Notes: a model not told the origin generated them from the letters alone. A stretch of DNA of 46,932 nt from an uncultured Treponema sp. (GCA_937900125.1 CALCEK010000246.1:1-46932); one strand, 5' to 3'. Numbered from the stretch's first letter, positions 8,883 to 18,907 are shown. Program-made: numbers and translations.

Positions 8883-11642
8883 TTAAAGATTTTCTGCGTA
8901 AGACTTTAATTTTTCGATTCTTCGCTTTGCCTCTTCTAGCCTATCTTTTTCTGCCTGAACGACTTCTTTTGGGGCGTGAAGCGCGAAATTTCCGTTTAAC
9001 TTTGCTTCACTGCGCTTTACAGATTGTTCTTCTTGGGCGATTTCTTTTGTAAAACGAGCTAACAACTGTTCTTTATTTATGCTTTCGTCTACAAGCAAAA
9101 AGGCTTCAAATCCTTTTCCTACAACTCCTATTGATTTTGCGGGTTTTTCTTGAACAATCGAAACATTTTCTACGCCAGACAAAAGTTTTATCATATCGAT
9201 TTTTTCAGTTATAACTTCTGCAGAAGAATTTGGTGTTATCAAAACGGCAATGTTGATTTTTGCTGCGGGGTCGATCCCACATTCAACGCGCAAAGCCCTA
9301 ACTCCGCGTATAAGTTCTTTTAAAGAATCGAAACGTTCTGTAATTTTTGCGTTAACACGAGATTCGTTTTCCTCTGGATAAGACGCGCCAACAAGCAAAC
9401 CTGTGTAAAGCAAATTCGAGGCGATTTTTTGCTCGCCACATTTTTCTCTATTTTGAACCAAATCCAAAACAGGCAACTTTGAATAAATTTCTTCGGTAAC
9501 AAATGGAATAAATGGGTGCAAAAGGCGCAAACTTTCTTCAAGGACATTCAGTAAAACGCTCGCAACTCTGTTTTTTTCCGATTCATCGCCATTTCTAAAC
9601 GAAAGTTTTGTTGCTTCAACATACCAATCGCAAAAATCGTTCCAAAAATACTCGTAAATTGTAGAGGCGGCATCATTATATCTGTAACTTTCAAGCGCAC
9701 TTCGTGCAGAACGCACCGCAGAATCAAGGCAAGAATAAATCCATTTGTCAAGCTCGGTCAAATCGGAATCAGAAATTGGAACGAGTGTTCTGCCTTCAAG
9801 ATTTCCCAAAATGTATCGGCTTGCATTCCAAACTTTATTGCAAAAACGGCTGCCTAATTTAAAGCTGTCTTTGTCAATTAAAACGTCTTGTCCCTGCGCA
9901 CACATATAGCTTAAAGTAAACTTAAGTGCATCTGCACCGTACAAATCGATAATTTCAAGTGGGTCAATGCCGTTTCCAAGCGATTTTGACATTTTGCGTC
10001 CCTGCTTGTCGCGCACTAAACCGTGAATATAAATATCGCGGAAGGGAGCTTTTCCTGTAAATTCCATTCCCGCCATAACCATTCGCGAAACCCAAAAGAA
10101 AATAATGTCATACGCGGTAACAAGTGCGGTTGTCGGATAAAATTGCGCTAAATCAGCGGTGTTTTCTGGCCAGCCAAACGTGCTAAACGGCCAAAGCCAC
10201 GAAGAAAACCAAGTGTCTAGCACATCGGGGTCTTGCAAAAGTTTTTCTTGTTTTGCATTACACTTTGGGCAATTTTGCGGGTCGGTGCGAGAAACAATAA
10301 CTTCGCCACAATCCTGACAATACCATACAGGGATACGGTGTCCCCACCACAATTGCCGACTTATGCACCAATCTCTTATATTTGTAAGCCAATGTTCGTA
10401 AGTGTTTTCCCATTTGCGCGGATAAAAAACAATATCCCCGTTTTTCCAAGCGGTCAAAGCTTTATCGGCGAGAGGTTGCATTTTTACGAACCACTGGTCG
10501 CTCAAATATGGCTCTACAACTGTATTGCACCTATAACAATGTCCTACCGAGTGGGTAATTTTTACTTCTTCCTTAAACAATCCCGCTGATTTTAAATCTT
10601 CTATTATAATGGCGCGGGCTTTTGCGCAAGACAAGCCACGATATTTTTCGGGACAATTTTCGTTGAGTGTTCCGTCGGGATTTAAAATGTTTATAATTTC
10701 AAGGTGATTTCTTTGTCCTACTTGATAGTCATTTGGGTCATGCGCGGGAGTGATTTTTACCATACCCGTTCCAAATTCTTTGTCAACGTAAGAATCGGCA
10801 ATTAGCGGAATAGTGCGGTCTGTAAGCGGGAGTTTTAACTTTTTGCCAACAATACCTTTATAGCGTTCATCGCTGGGGTTTACCGCAACGGCAGTATCGC
10901 CTAAAAGAGTTTCGGGGCGCGTAGTTGCAATTTCAATTTTTGTAGAGCCATCGGGAGCAGGGCCATCAGCATACTCGTAATATATATGGTACATTGCACC
11001 CGCTGTATCGATGTGTTCAACTTCATCATCGGCAAGAGCTGTGCCACAACGTGGACACCAGTTTACTAAATAATTTCCGCGATAAATTAATCCACGTTCG
11101 TATAGGGTAACAAAAACATCGCGCACAGAACGACTTAAACCTTCGTCCATTGTAAAACGTTCTCTGTCCCAATCAGTTGAATTCCCGAGTTTTTTTTGCT
11201 GCTTGACGATTGTTGCATGGTGGTCATCTTTTACCGCCCAAGTTCGCTCAAGGAATTTTTCTCGTCCTAAATCTTTGCGAGATTTTCCTTCCTTTTTTAA
11301 AGCGCGTTCAACAACATTTTGCGTTGCGATTCCCGCATGGTCTGTTCCTGTAAGCCACAATGTGTCATCGCCTTTCATTCGGTGATAGCGAACAACAACA
11401 TCTTGTAAAACGTTATTAAGTCCGTGTCCAACGTGCAAAACACCTGTCACATTTGGTGGCGGAATCACCATAGTATATTTGGCAACGGTTTTATTTTTTG
11501 CTTTTTTTTCTAAATAGCTTTTATGCAATGGCGATTTTTCATCAGAAGCAGGCTTAAAATAACCTGAATTTGACCATTGCTCATAGATTCTATCCTCAAA
11601 ATCTTTTGGATTATATGCTTTTTCAAGTTCAATAGCGTTCAT
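8883..11642 (-). CDS. valS: Valine--tRNA ligase
   Basis: PPPNVTGVLHVGH, DWCISRQLWWGH, KMSKS, C-terminal coiled coil. Confidence 0.99.
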   Translation of the reverse strand: MNAIELEKAYNPKDFEDRIYEQWSNSGYFKPASDEKSPLHKSYLEKKAKNKTVAKYTMVIPPPNVTGVLHVGHGLNNVLQDVVVRYHRMKGDDTLWLTGTDHAGIATQNVVERALKKEGKSRKDLGREKFLERTWAVKDDHHATIVKQQKKLGNSTDWDRERFTMDEGLSRSVRDVFVTLYERGLIYRGNYLVNWCPRCGTALADDEVEHIDTAGAMYHIYYEYADGPAPDGSTKIEIATTRPETLLGDTAVAVNPSDERYKGIVGKKLKLPLTDRTIPLIADSYVDKEFGTGMVKITPAHDPNDYQVGQRNHLEIINILNPDGTLNENCPEKYRGLSCAKARAIIIEDLKSAGLFKEEVKITHSVGHCYRCNTVVEPYLSDQWFVKMQPLADKALTAWKNGDIVFYPRKWENTYEHWLTNIRDWCISRQLWWGHRIPVWYCQDCGEVIVSRTDPQNCPKCNAKQEKLLQDPDVLDTWFSSWLWPFSTFGWPENTADLAQFYPTTALVTAYDIIFFWVSRMVMAGMEFTGKAPFRDIYIHGLVRDKQGRKMSKSLGNGIDPLEIIDLYGADALKFTLSYMCAQGQDVLIDKDSFKLGSRFCNKVWNASRYILGNLEGRTLVPISDSDLTELDKWIYSCLDSAVRSARSALESYRYNDAASTIYEYFWNDFCDWYVEATKLSFRNGDESEKNRVASVLLNVLEESLRLLHPFIPFVTEEIYSKLPVLDLVQNREKCGEQKIASNLLYTGLLVGASYPEENESRVNAKITERFDSLKELIRGVRALRVECGIDPAAKINIAVLITPNSSAEVITEKIDMIKLLSGVENVSIVQEKPAKSIGVVGKGFEAFLLVDESINKEQLLARFTKEIAQEEQSVKRSEAKLNGNFALHAPKEVVQAEKDRLEEAKRRIEKLKSYAENL

Positions 11643-11678
11643 ACAGTTTAGTATAATTTTTTTTTAACTTCTATTCTA
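11643..11678 (-). promoter_or_regulatory. valS promoter, leaderless candidate
   Basis: Minus strand TAGAAT-17-TATACT-aaactgt-ATG with no SD. Confidence 0.55.
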
Positions 11679-11840
11679 GTGGTCGCATTAAATCACGTAA
11701 AATCTAGGCGAAAAAAAAGGTGGGGAAGCAAAAAGCTAACACTACAGTGGGGGGGGCCTAGTGACAATATTCTGATTTTGCCTTGTCAACCATTAGATTC
11801 CGTGTTATCTTTAAAGCAATATCCTATAGGGATTTTTTTT

Positions 11841-12911
11841 ATGCTAGAAATTACAAAAGAAGAAGAATTTATTAAAATTGCTAAAATCATTTCCTTAGCA
11901 TTACTTATAATTCATACAGGTTTACTTATCTTTTTTTTCGCTAACAAAGTATATTTTATGGCAGTTTTTAGCATAGCGAGCATCTTAACATATATAGGAA
12001 CATTTTCTCTTATAAAGGCAAAAAAAATTAGGCTATACATTATTACCTTGCTTTTGGAAGTTTTGCTTCACATGATTATGGCAACAGTTTGTGTGGGCTG
12101 GCAATCTGGATTTCCGCTTTACGCATTTGCCTTAATTTCGATAGTTTATTACTTAAAATACATTTCCCCATCTTCAACATTTTCAAAATTGATTCCGCAC
12201 ATTGTCATTATTTTGATGGGAAGCACGTTTTTCGGTTTAAGATTATATACATATTTTTTTAAGCCTATTTACACATTATCAGATAATACGAACAAATGTA
12301 TTTATCTTGTAAACACAATTTTTGTTTTTGTCTTTGTTGCTGAATTTTTGTACCAATACACAAATAATATTTTAGAAAACGAACAAGATTTGCAATCGCA
12401 AGCTGAATTTGACGAATTGACTCAGCTATACAATCGACGGAAAATGCACGACATTTTAAGAAATTTTTCAGAAAATTCATATACTATGCAAAAAAATTAT
12501 ACCATAACAATAATGGATATAGATAATTTTAAGCTCATAAATGACCGCTACGGACATGACGCGGGTGATTACGTTTTAAAAACAATCGCCAAAATTATGA
12601 AAAGAGTTTGCAAGGAAATTCCCGAAGTTGATGTTTGCAGGTGGGGTGGCGAAGAATTTTTACTTGCGCAAACATGGAATTCAACTACAGATTCAGATTT
12701 TGCCACTTGCAAAAAAACAATTTCCATAATTCACAATTCTGTGGATTCGTACTCTTTTGACTACAATGGAATCAAAATGCACGTAACAATGACCGCAGGA
12801 ATTGCAGCTCACGAAATAGGCGAAATGCTTGAAACAACAATAAATCACGCAGACCAACGGCTTTATTGGGGAAAAGCCCACGGCAAAAATCGCATAGTTG
12901 ACGCAAATTAA
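11841..12911 (+). CDS. Membrane-anchored diguanylate cyclase (about 6 TM + GGDEF)
   Basis: DELTQLYNRR, DIDNFKLINDRYGHDAGD, RWGGEEF, AKAHGKNR-type C-terminus. Start moved to the ATG at 11841. Confidence 0.92.
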   Translation: MLEITKEEEFIKIAKIISLALLIIHTGLLIFFFANKVYFMAVFSIASILTYIGTFSLIKAKKIRLYIITLLLEVLLHMIMATVCVGWQSGFPLYAFALISIVYYLKYISPSSTFSKLIPHIVIILMGSTFFGLRLYTYFFKPIYTLSDNTNKCIYLVNTIFVFVFVAEFLYQYTNNILENEQDLQSQAEFDELTQLYNRRKMHDILRNFSENSYTMQKNYTITIMDIDNFKLINDRYGHDAGDYVLKTIAKIMKRVCKEIPEVDVCRWGGEEFLLAQTWNSTTDSDFATCKKTISIIHNSVDSYSFDYNGIKMHVTMTAGIAAHEIGEMLETTINHADQRLYWGKAHGKNRIVDAN

Positions 12912-12985
12912 ACAAAAGCAACTTTTCTTTACCACAAGCAACAAAGATTTTCTTACACTAACTTTCTTTTGCATAGTAAAATAAA

Positions 12986-13020
12986 GGAAACCTCTAAAAA
13001 TTGCAATTTCTAGAGATGCC
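12986..13020. repeat. Palindromic element GGAAACCTCTAAAAATTGCAATTTCTAGAGATGCC
   Basis: Imperfect inverted repeat; near-copy at 18959-18993. Confidence 0.65.
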
Positions 13021-13047
13021 TTAAATATGTAAAACAAGGAGGTGTCT

Positions 13048-13986
13048 ATGAACGATAGTTTAAAGGCTCGCTACATAAAAACTGCGGGGATTTTGGCTTT
13101 GCTTGGAAACACTTTTCTTGCACTTTTTAAGATTTTTTCCGCATTTGTAACAGGTTCAATGGCTGTTATGGGAGATGGTCTCGATTCTGCAACAGACGTT
13201 TTAATCGCCCTTGTAACACTTTTTGTGGGGAGCATTGTTAGCCGCCCCAGCGACAAAACACATCCGTGGGGACACGCAAGGTCAGAAACAACGGCAACCA
13301 TGATTCTTTCTCTTGTGATTTTTTGTGCGGGAGCGCAATTAGTTTTACAATCAAGTAAAAAAATCATTTCGGGACAATTTGCCCCCTCGCTTGAAAAAAT
13401 TGCAATTATCACAACGAGCATTTCAATTTTCGGAAAAACCCTTTTGGCGATAAGCCAAGCTCATTTTGCAAAAATTGCGCAAAGCGAACTTGTAAAAGCA
13501 AATGCCCTAAATATGCGAAACGATATAGTTTTATCGCTTTCAGTGCTTGTGGGACTTTTTCTTTCAAACGTTTTTAAACTTCCAATTCTTGACCCGATTA
13601 TTGCTTTTTTAGTCGGATTGTGGATTATAAAAAATGCCATTACACTTTTTTTGCAAGTAAATACTGAACTTATGGACGGAAACACCGACAATTCATTGTA
13701 CAAAAAACTATTTTCTGCAGCACTTTCTGTTCCAAATGTAAAAAATCCGCACCGCGCAAGAATCAGACGCTTAGGTTCATTGTTAGACATTGACCTAGAC
13801 ATTGAAGTTCCACCGTCGCTCACAATTTATGACGCACACGAACTAGCAGAGCAAGTTGAAGAAGCAATTCGAAAAGAAATTCCAGAAGTGTATGACATAG
13901 TTATCCACCTTGAACCCTATGACAGCGACAGTCACCAAAGAATCGAACGTTATGGTCTTACCCCATCAACTTTCGATTTAGCATAA
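13048..13986 (+). CDS. Cation diffusion facilitator (FieF-like) metal exporter
   Basis: GSMAVMGDGLDSATD, HPWGHARSE, C-terminal dimerisation domain AHELAEQVE...IHLEP; AAGGAGG RBS before the ATG at 13048. Confidence 0.93.
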   Translation: MNDSLKARYIKTAGILALLGNTFLALFKIFSAFVTGSMAVMGDGLDSATDVLIALVTLFVGSIVSRPSDKTHPWGHARSETTATMILSLVIFCAGAQLVLQSSKKIISGQFAPSLEKIAIITTSISIFGKTLLAISQAHFAKIAQSELVKANALNMRNDIVLSLSVLVGLFLSNVFKLPILDPIIAFLVGLWIIKNAITLFLQVNTELMDGNTDNSLYKKLFSAALSVPNVKNPHRARIRRLGSLLDIDLDIEVPPSLTIYDAHELAEQVEEAIRKEIPEVYDIVIHLEPYDSDSHQRIERYGLTPSTFDLA

Positions 13987-14050
13987 TGCGAATTTGCCGT
14001 CATTTTGCGGGCGTAAATTTGCCTGTCATTCTGAGCGTAGCAAAGAATCG
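13987..14050. repeat. REP-like element (two GTCATT.. heads, including GTCATTCTGAGCGTAGCAAAGAATC)
   Basis: 13987-14004 is the reverse complement (one gap) of 23350-23368. Confidence 0.65.
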
Positions 14051-14099
14051 ATTTTTTCTTTCACAAAAAACGCTTCGCGGGCGGTGGACATTTTACATA

Positions 14100-15002
14100 T
14101 TACACTTTTTTGGAAGCTTCTGTTTTCCACGCATCGATAAATTCTATCATATACTGCTGAACTCCGCAAAACCATTTATTTTGAAACTCGCAAGCCTCGC
14201 GCCCTATGTACCTAAAATGCCAACATTCCCACTGAAATCCCGTAACATCTTCATAGCCCTGCGGAAAAGAAAGCGACCAACCGTACTCGGCAGCGTGTGC
14301 ATAAAGCCAACGTCCCATTTTTGTTTCGGCAAAATCATCTGTGATAGACCCAAAGTCAAGCGCAACGCCCAACTGATGTTGGCTTGTTCCAGGTCGCGCA
14401 CTATAGCGTTCTGCGGCAGCTAAACCGTCTTCCGAAACATAACGGGCAAAAAGTCGCTCTTGATACGCATAAGACCTATAACTAGAACTAACAAGCAAAC
14501 GAATTCCGTCAGAAAGTGCGCCTTCTGCAAGCGCGTCTAAAGCTTTTGCGGCATCGGGGCGCAAGGAAAGGTCGTTTCGGCTAATGTTGTAAAGATTATT
14601 TTTTACCAGTGGAACTAAATCTTTGGGAACATATTGCTGAGAAACCGAATGTTTTTTGTCAATCAGATAAAAAAGAGGCAGGTCGTCATTCTGCGCCTTT
14701 TTTTCCCAAGCAAGCACTTTTTCTAAATCAGAAAGAAAAGCCTGTTTGTCCGTGATTGAAACTTCGGCTTTAAAACGATTCGACATTTTTGAAAGCACAG
14801 AATCAAGTTTTTGAAAATCAGAGTTTGTAACGGCAACTGCCTGCGAAATATATTTTGTTGAATTTTGAATTGAACTTTCGTTAGAAAGAATTTCCATAGT
14901 TGGAACAATTTCTCCCGATTCTGCATGAACTTTTGTACAAGAAACGCATAAAATACAAACAAAAAAAATCAATGTAAAAGAATAAAAAATCTTGTTACAC
15001 AT
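14100..15002 (-). CDS. M15B (VanY-like) D-alanyl-D-alanine carboxypeptidase, probable lipoprotein
   Basis: SSYRSY, SARPGTSQHQLGVALD, ECWHFRY; N-terminal hydrophobic stretch ending CVSC. Confidence 0.9.
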   Translation of the reverse strand: MCNKIFYSFTLIFFVCILCVSCTKVHAESGEIVPTMEILSNESSIQNSTKYISQAVAVTNSDFQKLDSVLSKMSNRFKAEVSITDKQAFLSDLEKVLAWEKKAQNDDLPLFYLIDKKHSVSQQYVPKDLVPLVKNNLYNISRNDLSLRPDAAKALDALAEGALSDGIRLLVSSSYRSYAYQERLFARYVSEDGLAAAERYSARPGTSQHQLGVALDFGSITDDFAETKMGRWLYAHAAEYGWSLSFPQGYEDVTGFQWECWHFRYIGREACEFQNKWFCGVQQYMIEFIDAWKTEASKKV

Positions 15003-15327
15003 TTGAAACCTCTGTAACAGAATGAATTATATCAAAAGAATCCCAAAAACCAGTTCGCTCCAAAGCGTGACGGGCAGCATCGGAAGGTTCCATCAAAAAA
15101 AGCTTTGTGCCAAATTCTTCGGCAGAAGTAATTCCCGCAAGAATCACGCTCATTCCCGCAGAATCGAATCCCGTAACAGACTGCAAGTCCAAAACGATAT
15201 TTGTGTCTAAGATATAGCGGTCAATTTTTTCTTTTAAGTTTGGAACAGTATACGCCTTGATTGCCCCAGAAAGTTCCAAAAGCATATAATTAGCACCGAC
15301 TTTTTCTTGAATTGTCAACTGATCCAT
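14995..15327 (-). CDS. STAS-domain anti-sigma factor antagonist
   Basis: 110 aa with IVLDLQSVTGFDSAG (phospho-Ser motif DSxG). Confidence 0.9.
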   Translation of the reverse strand: MDQLTIQEKVGANYMLLELSGAIKAYTVPNLKEKIDRYILDTNIVLDLQSVTGFDSAGMSVILAGITSAEEFGTKLFLMEPSDAARHALERTGFWDSFDIIHSVTEVSNV

Positions 15328-17502
15328 TTATTTTTCCCCTTTGTATTTTAAAATCAAAACAGTAACATCGTCTTCTAGCTCTTTAGAACTAAATTGCGAA
15401 AGTGCCTCGTAGGTAAATTGCGCCATTTTGTCTGCGGGGTACACCGAATTTTCCATTAAACCGCGCTGTATTCTATCTTTACCGTAAATTTCTCCGCGCA
15501 ACGAACGACTTTCTACCAATCCGTCTGTACAAGAAAGAACAATGTCGCCAGGAGAAAGTTTTATCTTTTTTACTTTGACTAAATGCCGCACATCTTTTGC
15601 AAAGCCCAAAACTCGCCCTTCACCTTGAATTTCAATTACGTTATTATAGGCACGAGTGTACAAGAAAAGAGCTGGTGTTCCACAGTTGATATAATACATT
15701 GTGTCCGTAGAAAAATCCAAAAGTCCAAACATTCCAGAAAAGAAAGTTCCACGCGGAAAGTTGTTCCGAATAAATCCATTCACTTTTTCAACAAGCAATT
15801 TAAAATCACTCGTTTCAACAAGGAAAGTTCGAATAATCGACTTCATAATGACCATGCTCATAGAAGCCGCAATTCCTTTTCCGCTCAAAGCTCCGATTAT
15901 AAAAATGTGGCGACTATCATTTAGGCGAATAAAATCTATAAATTCGCCACCAATGCTGTGGGCGGGAATCATTCTGTAGCCGCACTCAACTTTTGGATTT
16001 TTGATATAATCCATATTTTCCTGAATTGAAGTGATTATTTGGCTTGACATACGGATTTCGCGGTCAACAATACCAACAACCGAGGCGTTTACAATATTTT
16101 TCATATAATAGCCGATTACAAAAAAGTTCGAATACAATTTTGTAAAAATTTCGTAATCGTAATCATTATAAACATTTCCAGACAGTTTTGGGCCTAAAAA
16201 CACCGTACTTATAATGTTTCGCCCTTCGTTTAGAATGATAACAGCGTCCGCCCCCGCTTCGTTTAGCATATTTAAGAGTTTTTCCCGCACTTTTATGACG
16301 CGCACATCTTGCTCAACAAATTCGCGGAACACAATTGGGTGAGGAATTGACAAAAGTGTGTCAAATGCTTCATCGTCCATTGACCAAGAAAGTTGCGTTT
16401 CGCCTTCTTGTACAAAAAGCGATTCTAGTTTGCCGTTTCCAGAATCGACTAAAATTTTCATATAAGAAGAATCAACGTATTTTTTAAAGATTGCTTGAAT
16501 CTTAAGTGCAATTTCCCAAGATTCGCCTTCAAAGTTAAGCGAAATTATGTCGTTTTCAAAATCTTGGGCGTAGCGGCTGTCGCGAACAAAATCTTTTGAA
16601 CCGATTTTTAAGTCAACAAATGTCCACAAGGCAATAATCGCGCCAAGCAAAAACAAAAAAACGGCAACAAATGCGGCTGGGAATCCAGAATAAAGTGGCC
16701 ACAAAAGCGCAAAAACAAGACCTGCTACAATTCCAGGGATTCCGTAGCCCAAAACAAATCGGATTACAGAACGAAAAACAGTCTTTTTGTCCCAAATAAT
16801 GGTATTTCGTTCAGCAATGGCAAAAATTATAAGTTCGGGCAAAAATCCAACCATCGTGATTGTCCGCATCATTGTTTGATATTTTGAAGCGTAATTAAAA
16901 AATCCCAAAAGTAAAAAAGTTGCAAAGCAACCTACACAAACAACGCTCATTCTTTGCCTGTCAAGTCTGGATTTTGTGTTTTCCCGCTTAACAAGCAACA
17001 TTAGCATTGCAAACACTGGAATCAAAATGTAATAAATAAAGCAAAAAAGTGGAAACCAAGTAATTTCTTGTCCAAAAAATGTCCAAGGGAAAACCGTGCC
17101 AGATATAACTTCGTAGGATTTTTCGGGGCTAATGTAAATACTTGAAAACGCATTCGGAACAACAAATAAAATCACGGCTGCCGCAATGTTCAAAATCCAC
17201 TGAACAATCATCAAAACCGTGTTTTTTTTAAAATCAGGAAAAGTAAGAACGTAAACACTGCTACTTACGCAAAACCATGCAGACATCATATAGGAAAATC
17301 GCCCAAACAAAAGCGAAAGTTGCGCGGGGGCAAAAAAGCAAAAAATTAGCGTTAAAGCCATAAGTCCAAACAATGCCGACATCATTAAAATTAGATTTAC
17401 GATTGTATTTTCACTTTTTTTTGCGTTGGTAAGTTTATCTATTGCAAAGGAATAGGCAATCATTCCTAAACAGCATATAAAATTCAAAATAAGAAAAACC
17501 AT
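15328..17502 (-). CDS. Multi-TM SpoIIE/PP2C-domain protein with degenerate metal-binding motifs
   Basis: About 9 hydrophobic segments, a GAF-like region, then a PP2C domain with GGEF, GALSGKG, TDG, EDDVT. Start moved to the ATG at 17502. Confidence 0.88.
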   Translation of the reverse strand: MVFLILNFICCLGMIAYSFAIDKLTNAKKSENTIVNLILMMSALFGLMALTLIFCFFAPAQLSLLFGRFSYMMSAWFCVSSSVYVLTFPDFKKNTVLMIVQWILNIAAAVILFVVPNAFSSIYISPEKSYEVISGTVFPWTFFGQEITWFPLFCFIYYILIPVFAMLMLLVKRENTKSRLDRQRMSVVCVGCFATFLLLGFFNYASKYQTMMRTITMVGFLPELIIFAIAERNTIIWDKKTVFRSVIRFVLGYGIPGIVAGLVFALLWPLYSGFPAAFVAVFLFLLGAIIALWTFVDLKIGSKDFVRDSRYAQDFENDIISLNFEGESWEIALKIQAIFKKYVDSSYMKILVDSGNGKLESLFVQEGETQLSWSMDDEAFDTLLSIPHPIVFREFVEQDVRVIKVREKLLNMLNEAGADAVIILNEGRNIISTVFLGPKLSGNVYNDYDYEIFTKLYSNFFVIGYYMKNIVNASVVGIVDREIRMSSQIITSIQENMDYIKNPKVECGYRMIPAHSIGGEFIDFIRLNDSRHIFIIGALSGKGIAASMSMVIMKSIIRTFLVETSDFKLLVEKVNGFIRNNFPRGTFFSGMFGLLDFSTDTMYYINCGTPALFLYTRAYNNVIEIQGEGRVLGFAKDVRHLVKVKKIKLSPGDIVLSCTDGLVESRSLRGEIYGKDRIQRGLMENSVYPADKMAQFTYEALSQFSSKELEDDVTVLILKYKGEK

Positions 17503-17503
17503 A

Positions 17504-18907
17504 TTACACTCCGATTTTTGCAACGAGCATTGTTACGTCATCGCGCAACTTTTTGTTTCCATTGTATTTTAAAATGAGATTGACAACATCATCGATAAAT
17601 TCTTTTGGATGTTTTTTTGCGCTAGTTTTAATCGTATTCCTATACAAATCTGTAGTGCCTAATTCCACACCGCGTTCGTCCATTACCTCTGAAACACCAT
17701 CTGATGCCATAAGAATTACGTCTCCGCGGAACAAACGCTGAACCGCAACTTGAACATCGTCAAGTTCAATAATTCCAACCAAAGAACAGTTAGAAGAAAG
17801 CGGTTTTATTCTATATCCGTCTGGAGACTTTGTGATAATAATTGGGTCAGACATAGACGCATTTATATACGTAATTGTCATTTTTTCGGTGTCAACGATT
17901 CCCATAAACAAAACCGTGTACTTATCTTGCAATTTCATTCCCTTGATTGCTTTGTCAACAGCGTAAATCATAGCGGGAAGATTATCTTTGTCTTCCATAA
18001 TTTTTATGGTGTTTATCACAAGTCCCATAACAAGAGCAGCGGCAAGACCTTTTCCAGAAACGTCGCCCAACATCAAAAGCGTTTTACTTTCGGTAATCGG
18101 CAAAACCGAATAATAGTCGCCAGAAACATTTACAAGCGGGCGAAAATATGCGGCAAGTTCTAAGTGCTTAATTGTTGGCATTTTTTGCGGAAGGAACGAC
18201 CTTTGCGTATCCGCTAACTGTTGCCATTCTTGTGTAAGCGAAGAAATATCTGATAAATCATTGATTATGGTGTTTCTCCGCTGGAATCGAGAAAATTCCT
18301 CATAAATCTGAGGGTAAATTGAAACATCAAACAAACGAGCGTATTTGCAAAAAATGTACAAATGGTATCCGCCGTGAGAAACAAAAAATCCACGGGCAGT
18401 ACGGGGCTTTGTAACGATTCCAAAATTTTCTCCCAAAAAATAATATCCATTTTTCCAAGTTGCAGGGAAATTTATCTCAATGGTTCGCATAACATCTTTG
18501 TTGCTTGTTAGGCGATTTGGACTATTGTACATGACATAATTTTTATTTCTGTCAACAAACAAAACCGAACAATCGCCTTTTTCCTCAAGAATCGTAGCAA
18601 TATTTTCGTAAAACTCGTCCAAAGAATAACAAACGCGCAATTTTTCAAGAAATTTCGTTAAGATGGAAGTTTCGCCCGTGTAAAGCGTCCGATGTTCCAT
18701 TTCGGAAACAACACGCGCCCTATTTGTACGAATCAAAAGTGCTATGCAAATAAAAATTGCCGCTGACAAACTCCAGATAAAAACTGACGAATGTGGTTTA
18801 TCAACTTGAACAGTAGGAATTATTGTGGTACAAAGTACAACTGTTACAACGACAAGTAAAAAATCAGAAATAAGAAGCACGGCTCTGCGCCTAGTTTTAA
18901 ACATCAC
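17504..18907 (-). CDS. SpoIIE/RsbU-type PP2C phosphatase with 2 TM
   Basis: VSGDYY, GDVSGKG, SDGV and DDVT all intact. Confidence 0.92.
   Translation of the reverse strand: MMFKTRRRAVLLISDFLLVVVTVVLCTTIIPTVQVDKPHSSVFIWSLSAAIFICIALLIRTNRARVVSEMEHRTLYTGETSILTKFLEKLRVCYSLDEFYENIATILEEKGDCSVLFVDRNKNYVMYNSPNRLTSNKDVMRTIEINFPATWKNGYYFLGENFGIVTKPRTARGFFVSHGGYHLYIFCKYARLFDVSIYPQIYEEFSRFQRRNTIINDLSDISSLTQEWQQLADTQRSFLPQKMPTIKHLELAAYFRPLVNVSGDYYSVLPITESKTLLMLGDVSGKGLAAALVMGLVINTIKIMEDKDNLPAMIYAVDKAIKGMKLQDKYTVLFMGIVDTEKMTITYINASMSDPIIITKSPDGYRIKPLSSNCSLVGIIELDDVQVAVQRLFRGDVILMASDGVSEVMDERGVELGTTDLYRNTIKTSAKKHPKEFIDDVVNLILKYNGNKKLRDDVTMLVAKIGV

Noticed and set aside
11643..11840. T-box leader for valS, and an N-terminal extension of the GGDEF ORF from 11679
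   Set aside because: The valS -10 box lies 7 nt from the ATG, leaving no leader. The extension is intergenic-like sequence including the poly-G tract.
14100..15002. Vancomycin resistance locus
   Set aside because: Only a lone M15B peptidase is present, with no ligase, vanH, vanX or vanRS.
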